Origin: Phaeosaccion multiseriatum
Taxonomy: Eukaryota; Protista; Ochrophyta, other classes
Assembly (NCBI GenBank): GCA_965112735.1
Contig: OZ218951.1
Coordinates: forward strand, 2,356,001-2,420,000
Direction of reading: 5' to 3'
Length of the DNA: 64,000 bases
Shown one piece after another: positions 12,411 through 24,314 of this stretch. Position numbers and translations under genes: made by a program. The notes under the pieces are model-generated. The model did not search any database, was not told the origin of the DNA, and saw nothing but the letters and a program-made list of their open reading frames with translations. Within the stretch, counting starts at the first letter, position 1, and the number at the start of each line of letters is the position of its first letter.

Positions 12411-14439
12411 TCCCCTTCTCGTTCTTTCCTTGCTTGTCCCACTTGCCGATGATCATCCTTCTAACGTCAATCCCCCCCCCCCCCCGTGTCTCCCCCTCTC
12501 CCTCCCCCCCTCCACCCCCCCTCCCCATCTCCCCCACTCCTTCCTCCCCTCCCCTCTCCTCTCTCCCTCCCCTTCCTGCCAGCCGCAGCGGCCTCAGGAG
12601 CGCAGCAGCAACCAAAGCCACCAACGCCGCCGCATCCATGCAAGCCTTCGACGTCATGGGCCTGCACATCTCTCCTGAGCTCATCGACAGAATCATCAGC
12701 GACGACGGGTGGCTGACCTCGCAGATCATTGACGCCCGTCTCATGCAGTTGGGCCGTCAGTACCCGAGGTGTCTCTTCCTCAACACCTCCTTCTTTGGGC
12801 TGCTTTGCCCGTCCTCGGACGCCCAAGGAAACTTTCAGGTGCGAAGGGGGGGGGGATCTCAAAATGTAGTCATGTACTTCGAAGTATACAGCAATAGCAG
12901 GAAGAGTGGTTGAGCCAGTGCTGTCGTCCTTATTGACATACTGCACATGTGTCAGTGCTTCTTCCCTCCCTCCCTTCTCGCCTCGCTCCTCTCCTTTGAT
13001 CCATCTCCGTTTCCCCTCCCCTCTCTCTCTCTCTCCCTCCCCCTCCCCCTATAAGGTGGACTACGAGAGAGTGAAGCGCTGGACCAAGAAGAAGCAGCTC
13101 CCCGGCGACTGCTGCACCATCTTTGACCTCCTCAAGGCATGTCACTTACTTGACTCTTGACTCAATTCTTTTTTAGTGTAGTACTAAGTACACTGCAGAC
13201 CAGGACCGGGCCTTCCTCCCCCCCAACGGAGAAACGCCACACCCAACTCTCTCCTTGTCACTCACTTTATCAAAAAGGCTTTTCTGCATAATTATTAATT
13301 ATTGGGTAGAAGGTCTCAGTAGACTGCAACAACTGCCTCACCTGCAACACAATTGAACTGCAACTACAACAGGTGTTCATCCCCATCAACGTGGCCAACA
13401 GCCACTGGGTGCTCGTGGTGGTGGACCTCGTCGCCAAGACCATCTCCTTCTTTGACTCCTTCGGTTCCTCAGGGCACAACTACGTCCAGGCCATTCAGGA
13501 GGTAAGTCAATGGGTAGATGGGATGGCAGTCGATGGGTGGTGTGTGTAGTGTGTGTGTTTGTGTGTGTATACTTCTTCCATCTTGGCCCTCACCATCCAC
13601 TGCCATCCCGGCCTTGCTTGCTCCCTCTCTTGCTCCCTCTCGCCGTCTGCCACATTACTTTCGCACCCCTCCCACCCCCCTCCCCTCCTCCACACACCCA
13701 CACCACGCACCCTCTCTCGCCCACCCATTCACCCACCCACTCATCCACCCACTCACCCACCCACTCACCCACCCACTCACCCACCCACTCACCCACCCAC
13801 TCACCCCACACGACCAACAACTAGTACATGGCATGCGAGATGTCCACCTGCGGCCACCAGGCCCAGGCCTCGCCTGCTGCGCTGAGCACCACCACCACCA
13901 GCGCCACCGCCACTGCCGCCCCCACCACAACCACTCTCGAGTGCCGGCCCAAGCCGCCTCGCAACGCGCCCCGTCAGCATAACAAGAGCGACTGTGGCGT
14001 GTTGGTGATACACGTGATCGAGGTGCTGGCAGGGGGTGAGCTCGAGTCGCTGCGCAGGTTATCGCAGAAGCAGATCACGGACCTGCGCTCCAACATGCTC
14101 ATACAGCTCAGCGGAGGAGGGGGAGGAGGGGGAGGAGGAGGAGGAGGAGGAGGAGGAGGAGGAGGAGGAGGGGGAGGAGGAGGAGGAGGAGGAGGAGGAG
14201 GAGGAGGAGGAGGAGGAGGAGGAGGAGGAGGAGGAGGAGGGGGGGAAGCAGTAGCAGCAGCAGGAGGAGGAAGCGGAGGAGAAGGAGGGGAAGGAGGAGA
14301 AGGAGAAGGCGGAGGAGGGGGCGGAAGCGTGGAGGTGACTGAGGTAACCGATGGAGCTGGTCCGAGTCTCAAGGGGAGCCCTGCCCAGGGAAGTCCCGCC
14401 AGGGGGAGCCCCGACGGGAGTGAGGAGGAGGTGTTGTAA
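7270..14439 (+). CDS. Large protein with N-terminal USP/peptidase C19-like domain (probably inactive), long disordered linker and C-terminal Ulp1/SENP peptidase C48 domain; exons 7270-7795, 7967-12344, 12583-12838, 13056-13136, 13373-13501, 13825-14439
   Basis: Ulp1 motifs: GWLTSQIID, FLNTSFF, VDYERVKRWTKK, VFIPINVANSHWVLVVVD, FFDS, PRQHNKSDCGVLV. USP-like boxes: RPCLASMSLLAVARSPAL, AQEAFLSLVQQV, FHETFFCEC, TLAQALENY..CPRC..LPDCFIVSI, YQLVAAVF..KWW..LGLYQK. All five junctions are phase-consistent; one uses a GC donor. Confidence 0.8.
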
Positions 14440-15308
14440 CGTTCGTTTTTGTCTTTTTTTCTTTTTCTTTCTTGTGGCGCCTTGTGTGTGGCGTCTGTCT
14501 TGCTTGGCCTGGCCTTGTGCGTGTGTGTGTGTGCGTGTGTGCGCGTGGTGGGGTGGGGTGGGGTGTGGTGGGGAGCTTCCTCCCGTACACAGCCTTTGGT
14601 TTGGTTTGGGTTGGTTTGATTTGATTTTGATGAATCGATGACAGATGGACTGGTTTCGATTTGCTTATTGAATAGTGTACCCAGCCTTCTGCCGGGGGGG
14701 ATGAATCACAGTTCTGTATAGGTTTGCGTATCACCAATCTGTGTGGATGGGTAGGTTTACACAGTATGTATGAGATATCGGAGTAGCGTCGGGTCCGACT
14801 TTATAGGGGATAGAAAGCATCAGGCGAGATTCTCTTCGTTTAAATATGTAAGTAATATAAACCCTTAGGGATGGTTTGGCTTGGCTCTACGGCTGCGGAT
14901 GATGCTCTGTGCAGGAGCCCCTTCAACGTGCTGTCCAGCGCCAAGAGGAAGAGGGGGGCTTGAGGATGGGCAGCAGACAGGAGGGGAAGGCTTACGCTTG
15001 CCTTGACGCGTATGCACATTCACCCAACCCACGCCTGAGCAACAGAAGAGGAGCCTTGTGTGCTCTTTGTTCTGTAGGCGGCGGCGGGCCTCCGTCCACA
15101 CCGTTCTATCCAAGAGGGAGGAGGGAGGAGGGAGGAGGGAGGAGAGCTTTATCTAACCTCAAACCAAGAGGACAGTCCAGAGGGGGGGGGGGGTACACGT
15201 CATACGATAAGAGACTTCTTATTGACATATCGCACAGCAAGACAAAGTGCTTTCACTCGCGCACTGTGCAGCAGAGAGAGTCAACATGATGCAGAAGCAC
15301 TTGTCTTT

Positions 15309-17907
15309 CTAACACGTATTCGGGACACCACCAGAGGGTTTCCGAAACTTGGCGTGCACCCACACCCTGCACCTCGCCTTGGCCTGCTTGCGATTGGCGT
15401 ATTGTCTCCGAATGAAGGCACACTCCACTTCCTCCAACCCTGCTCCATGGGGGCCTGTGCCGAACAAGCGCCGTATGTCCTAGGGAGGAGAGGGAGAGGG
15501 GGAGGAAGGGGAGGGAGGGAGGGGAGGGGGGGGTGGAGAGAGAGAGAGAGAGAGAGGGAGGGAGGGGTTGGAGGGAGGGGTGAACGGAAGGGGGGGGGGG
15601 GGGTTGAAGGAAGGGAGGGAGACAGACGAGACCAAGAGAGAAGGACCAGAGAGTGAGTCAGAGAGAGAACAGAGTGCGAGAACCGCGCAACGAGAGAGAG
15701 AGGCGAGACCAAAAGGCGAGAGACAAGCGCCTACAAGGAAAGGGGACCACCAAAACCAAACACACACTCACCCACGCCCCTCTGACCCACCCACGCACCC
15801 ACCCACGCACCCACCCCAACCCACCTACCCACCCACCCACCCACCCCCACCCAATTACCTCTAGGTCAAAGTAGTAGGCCCTAGTACCATCCTGGCGGGC
15901 GTAAAAGTTGTCCTGCAGCTTGTGCCCTTTACCGAAGCGCAACTGAGCGGCATCATACCGACCGTAGTCACGCATCAAGAGTAGTCCTCCGGGGCGCAGG
16001 GCAGTCGTCGCCAAACGTACAAAAGCCGCCATTTTGTCTGGGGACACTGCAGAGAGACTGAACTGCAACAGCACCATGTCCACCCCGCCTCCCTCCAGCA
16101 CGTCTGTTGCCATTGGGTGGATAAGTGGGTGGATGGGTTGGGTGGATGGGTGGGTGGATGGGTATGTGAGGTGAATGGGCGGTGGGTTGGAAGGGTTGTA
16201 TGTATAGCTGGTTGATCCGTCCCCTCCCCTCTCACTCTTTGATTGGGTGAGCCCTCCCTGCCCCTCTCCTTCCCTCCCCTTCCCTCCCCTCCCCTCCCCT
16301 CCCCTCCACTGCCCTTTCCATCCCATCCCACTTGTTGATTGATTGAGCCCTCCCCTCCTCCACTTCCCCTCACCTGGCGGCAGCGGATCCTGCGTGGCAT
16401 CGCACACATGAGCCTGACACCTGCTACCGATCCGTGTGTACCCGTCCAGCCCCTCCAGGATTCCAATGGCCTCGCTAGAGAGATCCAATGCATATACAAA
16501 GAGCCCTTGGTTGGACTCAAGCAGCGGAAACACCGCATTGCCTACCCCTGCCCCGAGCTCGAGCAGAGTGCGCAGGCCCTCACGCTTCCGTCTCCTCTGG
16601 CGACGACGCGGAGGTTGGCGTGTTGGTTCTCCGTCTGCTGCTGTTGCTGTGGCTGCTACTGTAACTTCTCCTGCTGCTGCTCCTCCTCCTCCTCCTCCGC
16701 CTCCTCCTCCTCCTCCTCCTGCTCCTGCTCCTGCTCCTGCTCCTCCTGCTCCTCCTCCTCCTCCTCCTCCTCCTCCTCCTCCTCCTCCTCCTCCCTCTTC
16801 TACTGTTCCATTGGATTCCATCACAGAGTCTTGTGCAGAGGAAACATCCTCCGCCTCCACCCATGCTCGACCCGCCTCTCTGCAAGAGACACGCACGAGA
16901 GGCGCACACACGCAGCGAGAGAGGGAGAGAGGGAGAGAGAGACAGGGAGAGAGAGAGAGAGAGAGAGAGCTGAGCTTGAAAAGCGGTGACGGAGGTGAAA
17001 GAACGGACGGGGAAATCAAACACTTTCTCGTGACTCCAATGCTGTTGCTCTGATGATGTGCGCCCGTGCCCCCCCACCCCACAGCTCCCAGCTCCCACCA
17101 TACCTGTCTTGGTCGGTCTCTGCGAGCTCCGGAAAGACGATGTGCAAGTAGTGTCGGTCCTTATAGAAATTGTCCTGAGTGTACGAAGGAGGGCAAGGGG
17201 GAGGAGAGAGCGAGGACAGCAATCGAGTCCACGGAGGACAAAAGGAGAAAGAGAGAGATGGAGAGAGACAGGCATCAAGTAAGTGCCCTACCGCGGCCAA
17301 ACCATGTTTCTTGGGGCTTACACCCTTTTTGGGGGGAACGATACTGAGGAGTATCTCCCTCTCTCCCTCTCTCTCTCTCTCTCTGTGTGTGTGTTGTGTC
17401 CCTGTCCTACGATCATCACGAAGTGTTGTTGCCCACACCTTGTTTCGCTTATAGAAGATATCCCACGAGCGCTTGGCTTGTTTCTCCAGTCGCTCCACGT
17501 GGAAAGGCGCCATGGTGGAGGTATGATCGCTGCTGCTGAGGATCCTCTGCGCTTCTAGTTCCTTAGGAGAGCAGAGGGAAGGGAAGCAAAGAGGGCGGTG
17601 GGGACGGGTTTGGTGGTTGTGTGGGGTAGGAGAGAGCGCTCAGTCAGGCTCTAATCATTGGAAGCTCCACGGGGAGTAGTCTCCTTACCCTCTCCGGCGT
17701 CCACAGGTCTTCAGTCCAAACGGGGGCATCGGGGTTGGTCAAGATATCTCCCTTGTAAGGCGGCGGCCCAGCACTCGTAAAACCTTCACCCTTGAGTCTG
17801 TCTGCGTCTGTCGTCGACGGTTGTTCTCGACCGCACAAGAGGGCGAAAAGGGTTGCTGCATAGCCCACTTCGCCGCTGCTACTACTCCTCTGATCTCCCA
17901 TATTCAT
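15309..17907 (-). CDS. METTL6: tRNA m3C methyltransferase, METTL6/METTL2/Trm140 family; exons 17907-17689, 17561-17439, 17174-17104, 16879-16374, 16103-15859, 15479-15309
   Basis: WDIFYKRNK|DNFYKDRHYL..FPEL, SAM motif LLELGAGVGN, LRPGGLLLMRDYGRYDAAQLRF, NFYARQDGTRAYYF, NRK..RVWVHAKF. All junctions are GT-AG and in phase. Confidence 0.9.
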
Positions 17908-18031
17908 ATATTCATCATTTTGGTCAGAAGGAGACACGCCCAAGCCCCATTACCATCTGTGACTGGCTATTGGGTGGATTCTATCCTGAGCACGTGGTGA
18001 AGCTGTTTGCTGTCACATACACGTGACCATC
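17908..18031. promoter_or_regulatory. Putative bidirectional promoter (124 bp) between METTL6 and ABCD
   Basis: Head-to-head start codons at 17907(-) and 18032(+). Inferred from geometry only. Confidence 0.5.
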
Positions 18032-21000
18032 ATGAAGCGGCATAGCAAGGTGAAGGCAAGCGCTAATGAAGAGGGGGAGGGTATGGAGCTCACTCCGCGT
18101 ATAGAGAAGTTAGACCCTTCAAGGAGCAGCAGCGGCGAGAAGAAGAAGCCGACGAGCAAGGCGCCCCCCCCTCCCGCTCCACTCTCCTTTTTCGCAAAGT
18201 TCTGGGTAGTCTTTAGGTGAGAAGCGGCAGGAAGCCCCCTCCTCCCCTCCTCTCCCTCACAAGATGCCCCCTCGCTGTCCGTCCGCGTCCCCGCTCCTCA
18301 CTCAGCCCCTTCTTCACAAGGCACAACCCCACGGCGGGCAAGGCGTGGGGCTGGGGAGTGGCTATGCTGCTGCTGCTCTTGGTGGAGAGCGCCGTCCTGG
18401 TCATGTTCAGCTATACACAGGTGAGTGAGCCTCGTCCACAGGCCTTGCATAGCTGCATACGGCTCTGTTTCCCTATTATCCCTTGCACAAACTGAGAAAG
18501 GAGAGAGGGATCGGTCCAAGCGGACCAGCGTCTTTCCCATTTCCCGCCGGGGGCTGGAAAGGAGGGAGTGGGTGAGGGAGGGAGGGAAGGGGGGAGTGTG
18601 AGGGGAAAGAAGGAAGGGAGGGAGGGAGCCAGTGGTTTGAGTGGGCCGCTCAGTGAGTGAGTGAATGAGAGAGAGCGAGGACGAGTGAGTGAGCAAGTAA
18701 GGAAGGACGCAAGAGAGGGAGGGAAGAAGCCTGTCCTGATACGGTGTGCTTCCCTCCCTGCCCCTCCCCTTCCCCTCCTAGAGAGACTTCAGCACAGCCA
18801 TGACGAACAAAGACGAAGAGGGTTTCTACGTTGGCATTCGCAGATACGTCACCATACTCGTTCTGGCAGCGCCAATGTTCGCCCTGAGTAAATGGGTCCA
18901 GGGTCGCCTCGCACTGGAGTGGCGAGCCTGGCTGACAAAGCTCTTGTGCAGCAGCTACCTCAGTGACAACAACTACTTCCACTTGAAGATGGGAGGAGGC
19001 GAGGGGGGTACTACAGGTAGTGGGAGTAGTGGTACCCCAAGCAGTGGCAGCAGCGGTATGGAGGGCAGCAGAGGTGGCAGTAGCGAGGGTGTTGCTACTC
19101 GAGACGAAGGAGATGGGTGAGTGAGGAGAAGGGAAGAAGGAAGAGGAAGGGAGCAGGCGTTTTGTAGGGGGGAGAAGGGTAGGAAGTAGGTGTGAGAAGG
19201 GTAGGTAGTAGGTGTTTATTGGAGGGGGGGGGAGATGGGCAGAAGGTGAAGGGATACGATGAATGTAAGAAAGAGAGGGGAGGGAATGGGAGGGGAGGGG
19301 AGGGAAGGGAAGGGAAGGGAAGGGAAGGGAACGGCATCAATCGCCTCCCGAACGCCGAACGTCGAAAGGCGCTCACTCGTTTCGTCAAACCGTCAGCAAA
19401 TGACATTCCTTCCTATGTACCGCATGTACTGCTCACTCAACCACCGACACACACGCCAGCAGCAGCAGCGCCGCCGGCTCCTCAGGAGCTACTTGTGCTG
19501 CTCCACGGGGGGCAGTGTCCACCCGAGGGGGCGGCTGCCTGTCCACACGGGGAGGGGAGGATCAGGGGGGAGGCCTTGACAATCCCGTGTCCGCAGCTGA
19601 CAATCCCGATCAGCGTATCGGCGAGGTGAGTTACCCTTTTCAGTTTTTCAGTTTGGGGGGACCTTGCCCAAGCATAGCGATAGCTTCTGCCAGCCACTAG
19701 AGGGGACCCCCTTCAACGTCCTTCGCCTATGAACGGCCCCTTGGACCCCCAACGCCCCCTCCCCGCCTTGACCCTCTTGCCCGCTCTTCTCCCTTCTCCA
19801 CCTCCCGTGAACCCCCGTTAACACCACCCCCGTTAGGACATTGCCACGTTCACCAACAACTGCATCACCGTCATCACCTCCTTCATCTCCAAGCTGCTCA
19901 ACGTGCTCTCCTTCGTGGGGGTGTTGGCAGCCATTAGCCCACAGCTCACGGCGTTCGTGCTGCTCTATTCACTCTTGGGTACCCTCTTTACGACGGTGCT
20001 CTTTGGGCAGCGTCTGAAGCATCTGCACTTTGAGTCAGTCAAGAAGGAGGCAAACTTCAGATTCGGACTCGTGAGTATAGAGAGGAGGGGAGAGGAGAAG
20101 AGAGGAGAGTAGAGGGGATGGAGAAGGTTCAGAAGGTAGAGTAGAGGAGAGTGGAGTAGAGAGGGTACAGAGGGTACAGAGGGTACAGAGGGTACAGAGG
20201 GCACAGAGGGTACAGAGGGTACAGAGGGTACAGAGGGTACAGAGGGTACAGAGGGTACAGAGGGTACAGAGGGTACAGAGGGTACAGAGGGTACAGAGGG
20301 TACAGAGGGTACAGAGGGCACAGAGGGTACAGAGGGTACAGAGGGTACAGAGGGTACAGAGGGTACAGAGGGTACAGAGGGTACAGAGGGTACAGAGGGT
20401 ACAGAGGGTACAACGGGTACAGAGGGTACAGAGGGTACAGAGGGCACAGAGGGTACAGAGGGTACAGAGGGTACAGAGGGCACAGAGGGTACAGAGGGTA
20501 CAGAGGGTACAGAGGGTACAGAGGGTACAGAGGGTACAGAGGGTACAGAGGGTACAGAGGGTACAGAGGGTACAGAGGGTACAGAGGGTACAAAGGGTAC
20601 AGAGGGCACAGAGGGTACAGAGGGTACAGAGGGTACAGAGGGTACAGAGGGTACAGAGGGTACAGAGGGTACAGAGGGTACAGAGGGTACAGAGGGTACA
20701 GAGGGTACAGAGGGCACAGAGGGCACAGAGGGTACAGAGGGTACAGAGGGTACAGAGGGTACAGAGGGCACAGAGGGTACAGAGGGTACAGAGGGTACAG
20801 AGGGTACAGAGGGTACAGAGGGTACAGAGGGCACAGAGGGTACAGAGGGTACAGAGGGTACAGAGGGTACAGAGGGTACAGAGGGTACAGAGGGTACAGA
20901 GGGTACAGAGGGTACAGAGGGCACAGAGGGCACAGAGGGTACAGAGGGTACAGAGGGTACAGAGGGTACAGAGGGTACAGAGGGTACAGAGGGCACAGAG

Positions 21001-21416
21001 GGTACAGAGGGTACAGAGGGTACAGAGGGTACAGAGGGTACAGAGGGTACAGAGGGTACAGAGGGTACAGAGGGCACAGAGGGTACAGAGGGTACAGAGG
21101 GCACAGAGGGTACAGAGGGTACAGAGGGTACAGAGGGTACAGAGGGCACAGAGGGTACAGAGGGTACAGAGGGCACAGAGGGCACAGAGGGTACAGAGGG
21201 TACAGAGGGCACAGAGGGTACAGAGGGTACAGAGGGCACAGAGGGCACAGAGGGTACAGAGGGTACAGAAAGTAGAGTAGCGTAGAGAAGTGGTTCCTTC
21301 CTTCCCCTTTCTGGCACTGCACTGGTCCTTCATCCTTACCGTATCCCACCCCTCCGCTGTCAACACCTGTGCTGCGACTTTTGCATCCATCGCGTTTCTT
21401 TCTTTCTTTCTTTCTT

Positions 21417-21465
<49 letters not shown>

Positions 21466-24314
21466 ATCTGTCTCTCCTCTGTCCCTCTCTCACGCACACA
21501 CTCTCTCTCTTCTCCCTCTTTCTCTCCCTCCCTCCCTCCCTCTCGTGCATTGCATGTATCCTCTCTCTCTCTTCCATACTCCTCCGTCTCCTTCTCCTTA
21601 TCCTCTCTCTCTTCCATACTCCTCCTCCTGTCTCCTTCTCCTTCCTAAGGTCCGAGTGCGTGAACATGCCGAGGAGGTGCGTTTAAAAAGAGAGAGAGAG
21701 GGAGGAACAGGGGAGAGAGAGGGGCAGACGCGGTATTTTGCTGTGCAAGGATTGATTTAGAGACTTTTGTTTAGAATGAAACCTTCCCTCTCTCTATCTC
21801 TCCGTCTCTATCCTCCTCCTCCTCCTCCTCCTCCTCCTCCTCCTCCTCCTCCTCCTCCCTCTCTCTCTCTCTCTCTCTGTCACGCACACACATATCTCTT
21901 CTCCCTCTTTCTCTCCCTCCCTCCTTCCTGCCCTTTCCATGTCCATCCTCTTTCTCTCTGGTCCCGTGCCGTGCCCGTAGATTGCCTTCTACCAAGGCGA
22001 GAAGCGCGAGTCCAGAGACATCACCTCCCTACTCTTCGAGGTCATCGCCAACAAGAAAACCTTGCTTAAGACAGGGGCCTACCTCTCCGTTTTCCAGAAC
22101 AGCTTTTCCTGGCTCACCACCGTCCTTCCCTACATCGTTGTGGCACACAAATACTTTGCCGGGGAGATTGAGTTTGGGTACGTACCATTACGTATGGATA
22201 CGTAATTCGTCCATCAGAGATCAATCAATGAACCTGAAACTGTGGGAGGGAGGGCACGAGAACGAGGTTGCAGACGCTTGTGTAACTGCTCCCCTGAGCC
22301 TGACGGTCCCTCCCTCCCTCCCCCTCTCCCTCCCTCCCTCCCTCCCTCCCTCCCTCCCCTTCTCCCTCCCTCCCTCCCTCCCTCCCCCTCTCCCTCCCTC
22401 TCTCCCTCCCATCTCTCTTCAGAGTCCTCTCCCAAACAGCCATGGCCTTCCGCGTAATTCAGTCGGGCCTCAGCGTGATTGTGACGCAGCTCCAGACCCT
22501 AGCCTCTCTCGCCGCTCAGTCCGATCGCATCCACTACCTCATGCTCGTCCTGGACCCTCTCACGTGCCAAGCGAACGCAAACAAGAGAGCCAAGGAAGAG
22601 CAAGAAGAAGATGCAAAGGTCCGAACTTCAGCTCAAGCTCAGAAGGGGAAGGAGCAGGAGGGTGAGGAGGGTGAGGAGGGGCAGGAAGGGGTGGGAGCAG
22701 AGAGCGAGTATCTGCGGGTGCCGACAGCGAGCGACGTCGACAAAGCCGGCGGTGCTGGTTATACAACTGCTGAAGAAGGGCTAAGGAGAGGAGGAGGAGG
22801 AGGAGGAGGAGGAGGAGAGAGTGGTGTGGAGAGCGCGCATTTACCGACGCTAGCAGTGTTGGCCAAGATGGAGGGACGCATTTTCTTTAAGAACGTAGAC
22901 GAGGGTGGTAGAGGGGGTGGGATGACAGCAAATGGTAGGGGCAAGGACGGGCTGAAAGATTCCTCTCCTCGACCAATGCTTTCGGTGAAGGACTTGGTAC
23001 TACACACGCCGGATGGGGTTAACTGCATCGCTGATGTGAGTGCGTGGAGAGGGGAGGGAGGGAGGAGGGAGGGAGAAGCGGCGTTTGTTGTCTTCCTTCT
23101 TTTGATCGCGTTTGGATAGTTTTCACTTCCTCTCCCCCCCTCACCTGCTGCGGCTCCTTTACGGCCTTTGCTAATTTGACATCACACCCCCGCCCCGTCA
23201 CGCACGCACCCACGCACCACGCGTTCACACTTCACGCATACACACAGAATCTATCCTTCGAGCTCGCCAACGGGGAGAGTCTTCTCCTCTTCGGCAGCAG
23301 TGGGTGCGGCAAGACCTCCCTGCTGAGGTGCATAGCAGGGTTGTGGAGCAAGGGGCAGGGTGAGGTACAGCGGCCCGCCTCGCAAGCAAGCGATATGCTC
23401 TTCCTGCCGCAGAAGCCCTACATGCCGCTCGGAAACCTTCGGTCTCAGCTGCTCTACCCTCGCGACGGAGAGCAAGTACAGAAGAAGAAGAAGAAGAAGA
23501 AGAAGAAGAAGAAGAAGAAGAAGAAGGAGGAGGAGGAGGAGGAGGAGGAGGAGGAGGAGGGGGGGGAAAGGGAGGGGGAGGCGAACAGACAGGATGACGA
23601 CACCTTGAAAGGTGTGCTCGGAGACGTCGGGCTCTCTTATCTAGCGGAGCGGTACAGGAACGGTATCGGAGCGGTCCGGGACTGGTCCGACGAGCTGTCG
23701 GTAGGGGAGCAGCAGCGGCTAAGCTTCTGCAGAGTAGTGACCAACGAGCCTCGACTCTGCTTTCTCGACGAAGCCAGCTCAGCGTAAGTGGGTGGAGACG
23801 GGGGCACTTGGGCCAGGAGCGGGGTGGGAGGAGGTGGGGAGAGGGAAGTAGGAACGAAAGAGGGGTTGGTTTTGGGTAGTGGTGGTGGGTATAGTTTAGT
23901 AGGAACGTCGGGCTGTAGCAAGCAATGTCATGCTTATGGCAAGTAGTGGATGTGACGGACTTTATTCCTTGCTCACGATGAAACGCTTGCCAATCAATCG
24001 CATGCATGCTTGCTCCCACGTACACACATGACAAACAAAATCACAGACTCGACGCTGCGAATGAGGAGAATGTGTACAAGACCCTTACCGAGACGGTGGG
24101 TTGCTACGTCAGCGTGGGACACCGACCCTCCCTGTTCCAATATCACACGCACGTCTTGTTTGGACAGGTCACGGAGGTGGAGGATGGCAGGATGGCAGTG
24201 GATGGGGAGGGCGAGGGGGGGGCTGGGAGTAGGGGAGTGCTTAAGAAGCAGACGACGTGGGCCTTCATGCCTATGGAGGACTTTATCAAAACACGCCCCA
24301 AGGGGCCGGCTTGA
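18032..24314 (+). CDS. ABC transporter subfamily D half-transporter (ABCD/YddA-like); exons 18032-18216, 18306-18420, 18782-19116, 19460-19625, 19837-20070, 21650-21676, 21981-22177, 22423-23035, 23248-23783, 24047-24314
   Basis: DNPDQRIGE|D; EAA-like KEANFRFGL|VRVREHAEE|IAFYQGE; Walker A GSSGCGKTS; FLPQKPYMPLGNLRSQLLYP; signature LSVGEQQR; Walker B CFLDEASSALD; H-loop SVGHR. Confidence 0.92.
20160..21266 (+). repeat. Intronic minisatellite, 123 x 9 bp AGAGGG(T/C)AC
   Basis: Directly visible; 1107 bp is exactly 123 units. Lies inside ABCD intron 20071-21649. Confidence 0.98.

Noticed and set aside
12583-14439. Ulp1 domain as cargo of a DNA transposon
   Set aside because: No transposase, helicase, TIRs or TSDs are visible, and the domain is intron-rich and splices in phase to upstream exons.
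19598-19625. Short ABCD exon starting at the CAG just before DNPDQR
   Set aside because: Its phase is incompatible with the upstream phase-2 donor at 19117; the longer exon from 19460 fits.
19965-21390. 400-450 aa ORFs (SVP)n, (CTL)n, (YPL)n
   Set aside because: These arise from a stop-free 9-mer repeat, antisense within an ABCD intron.
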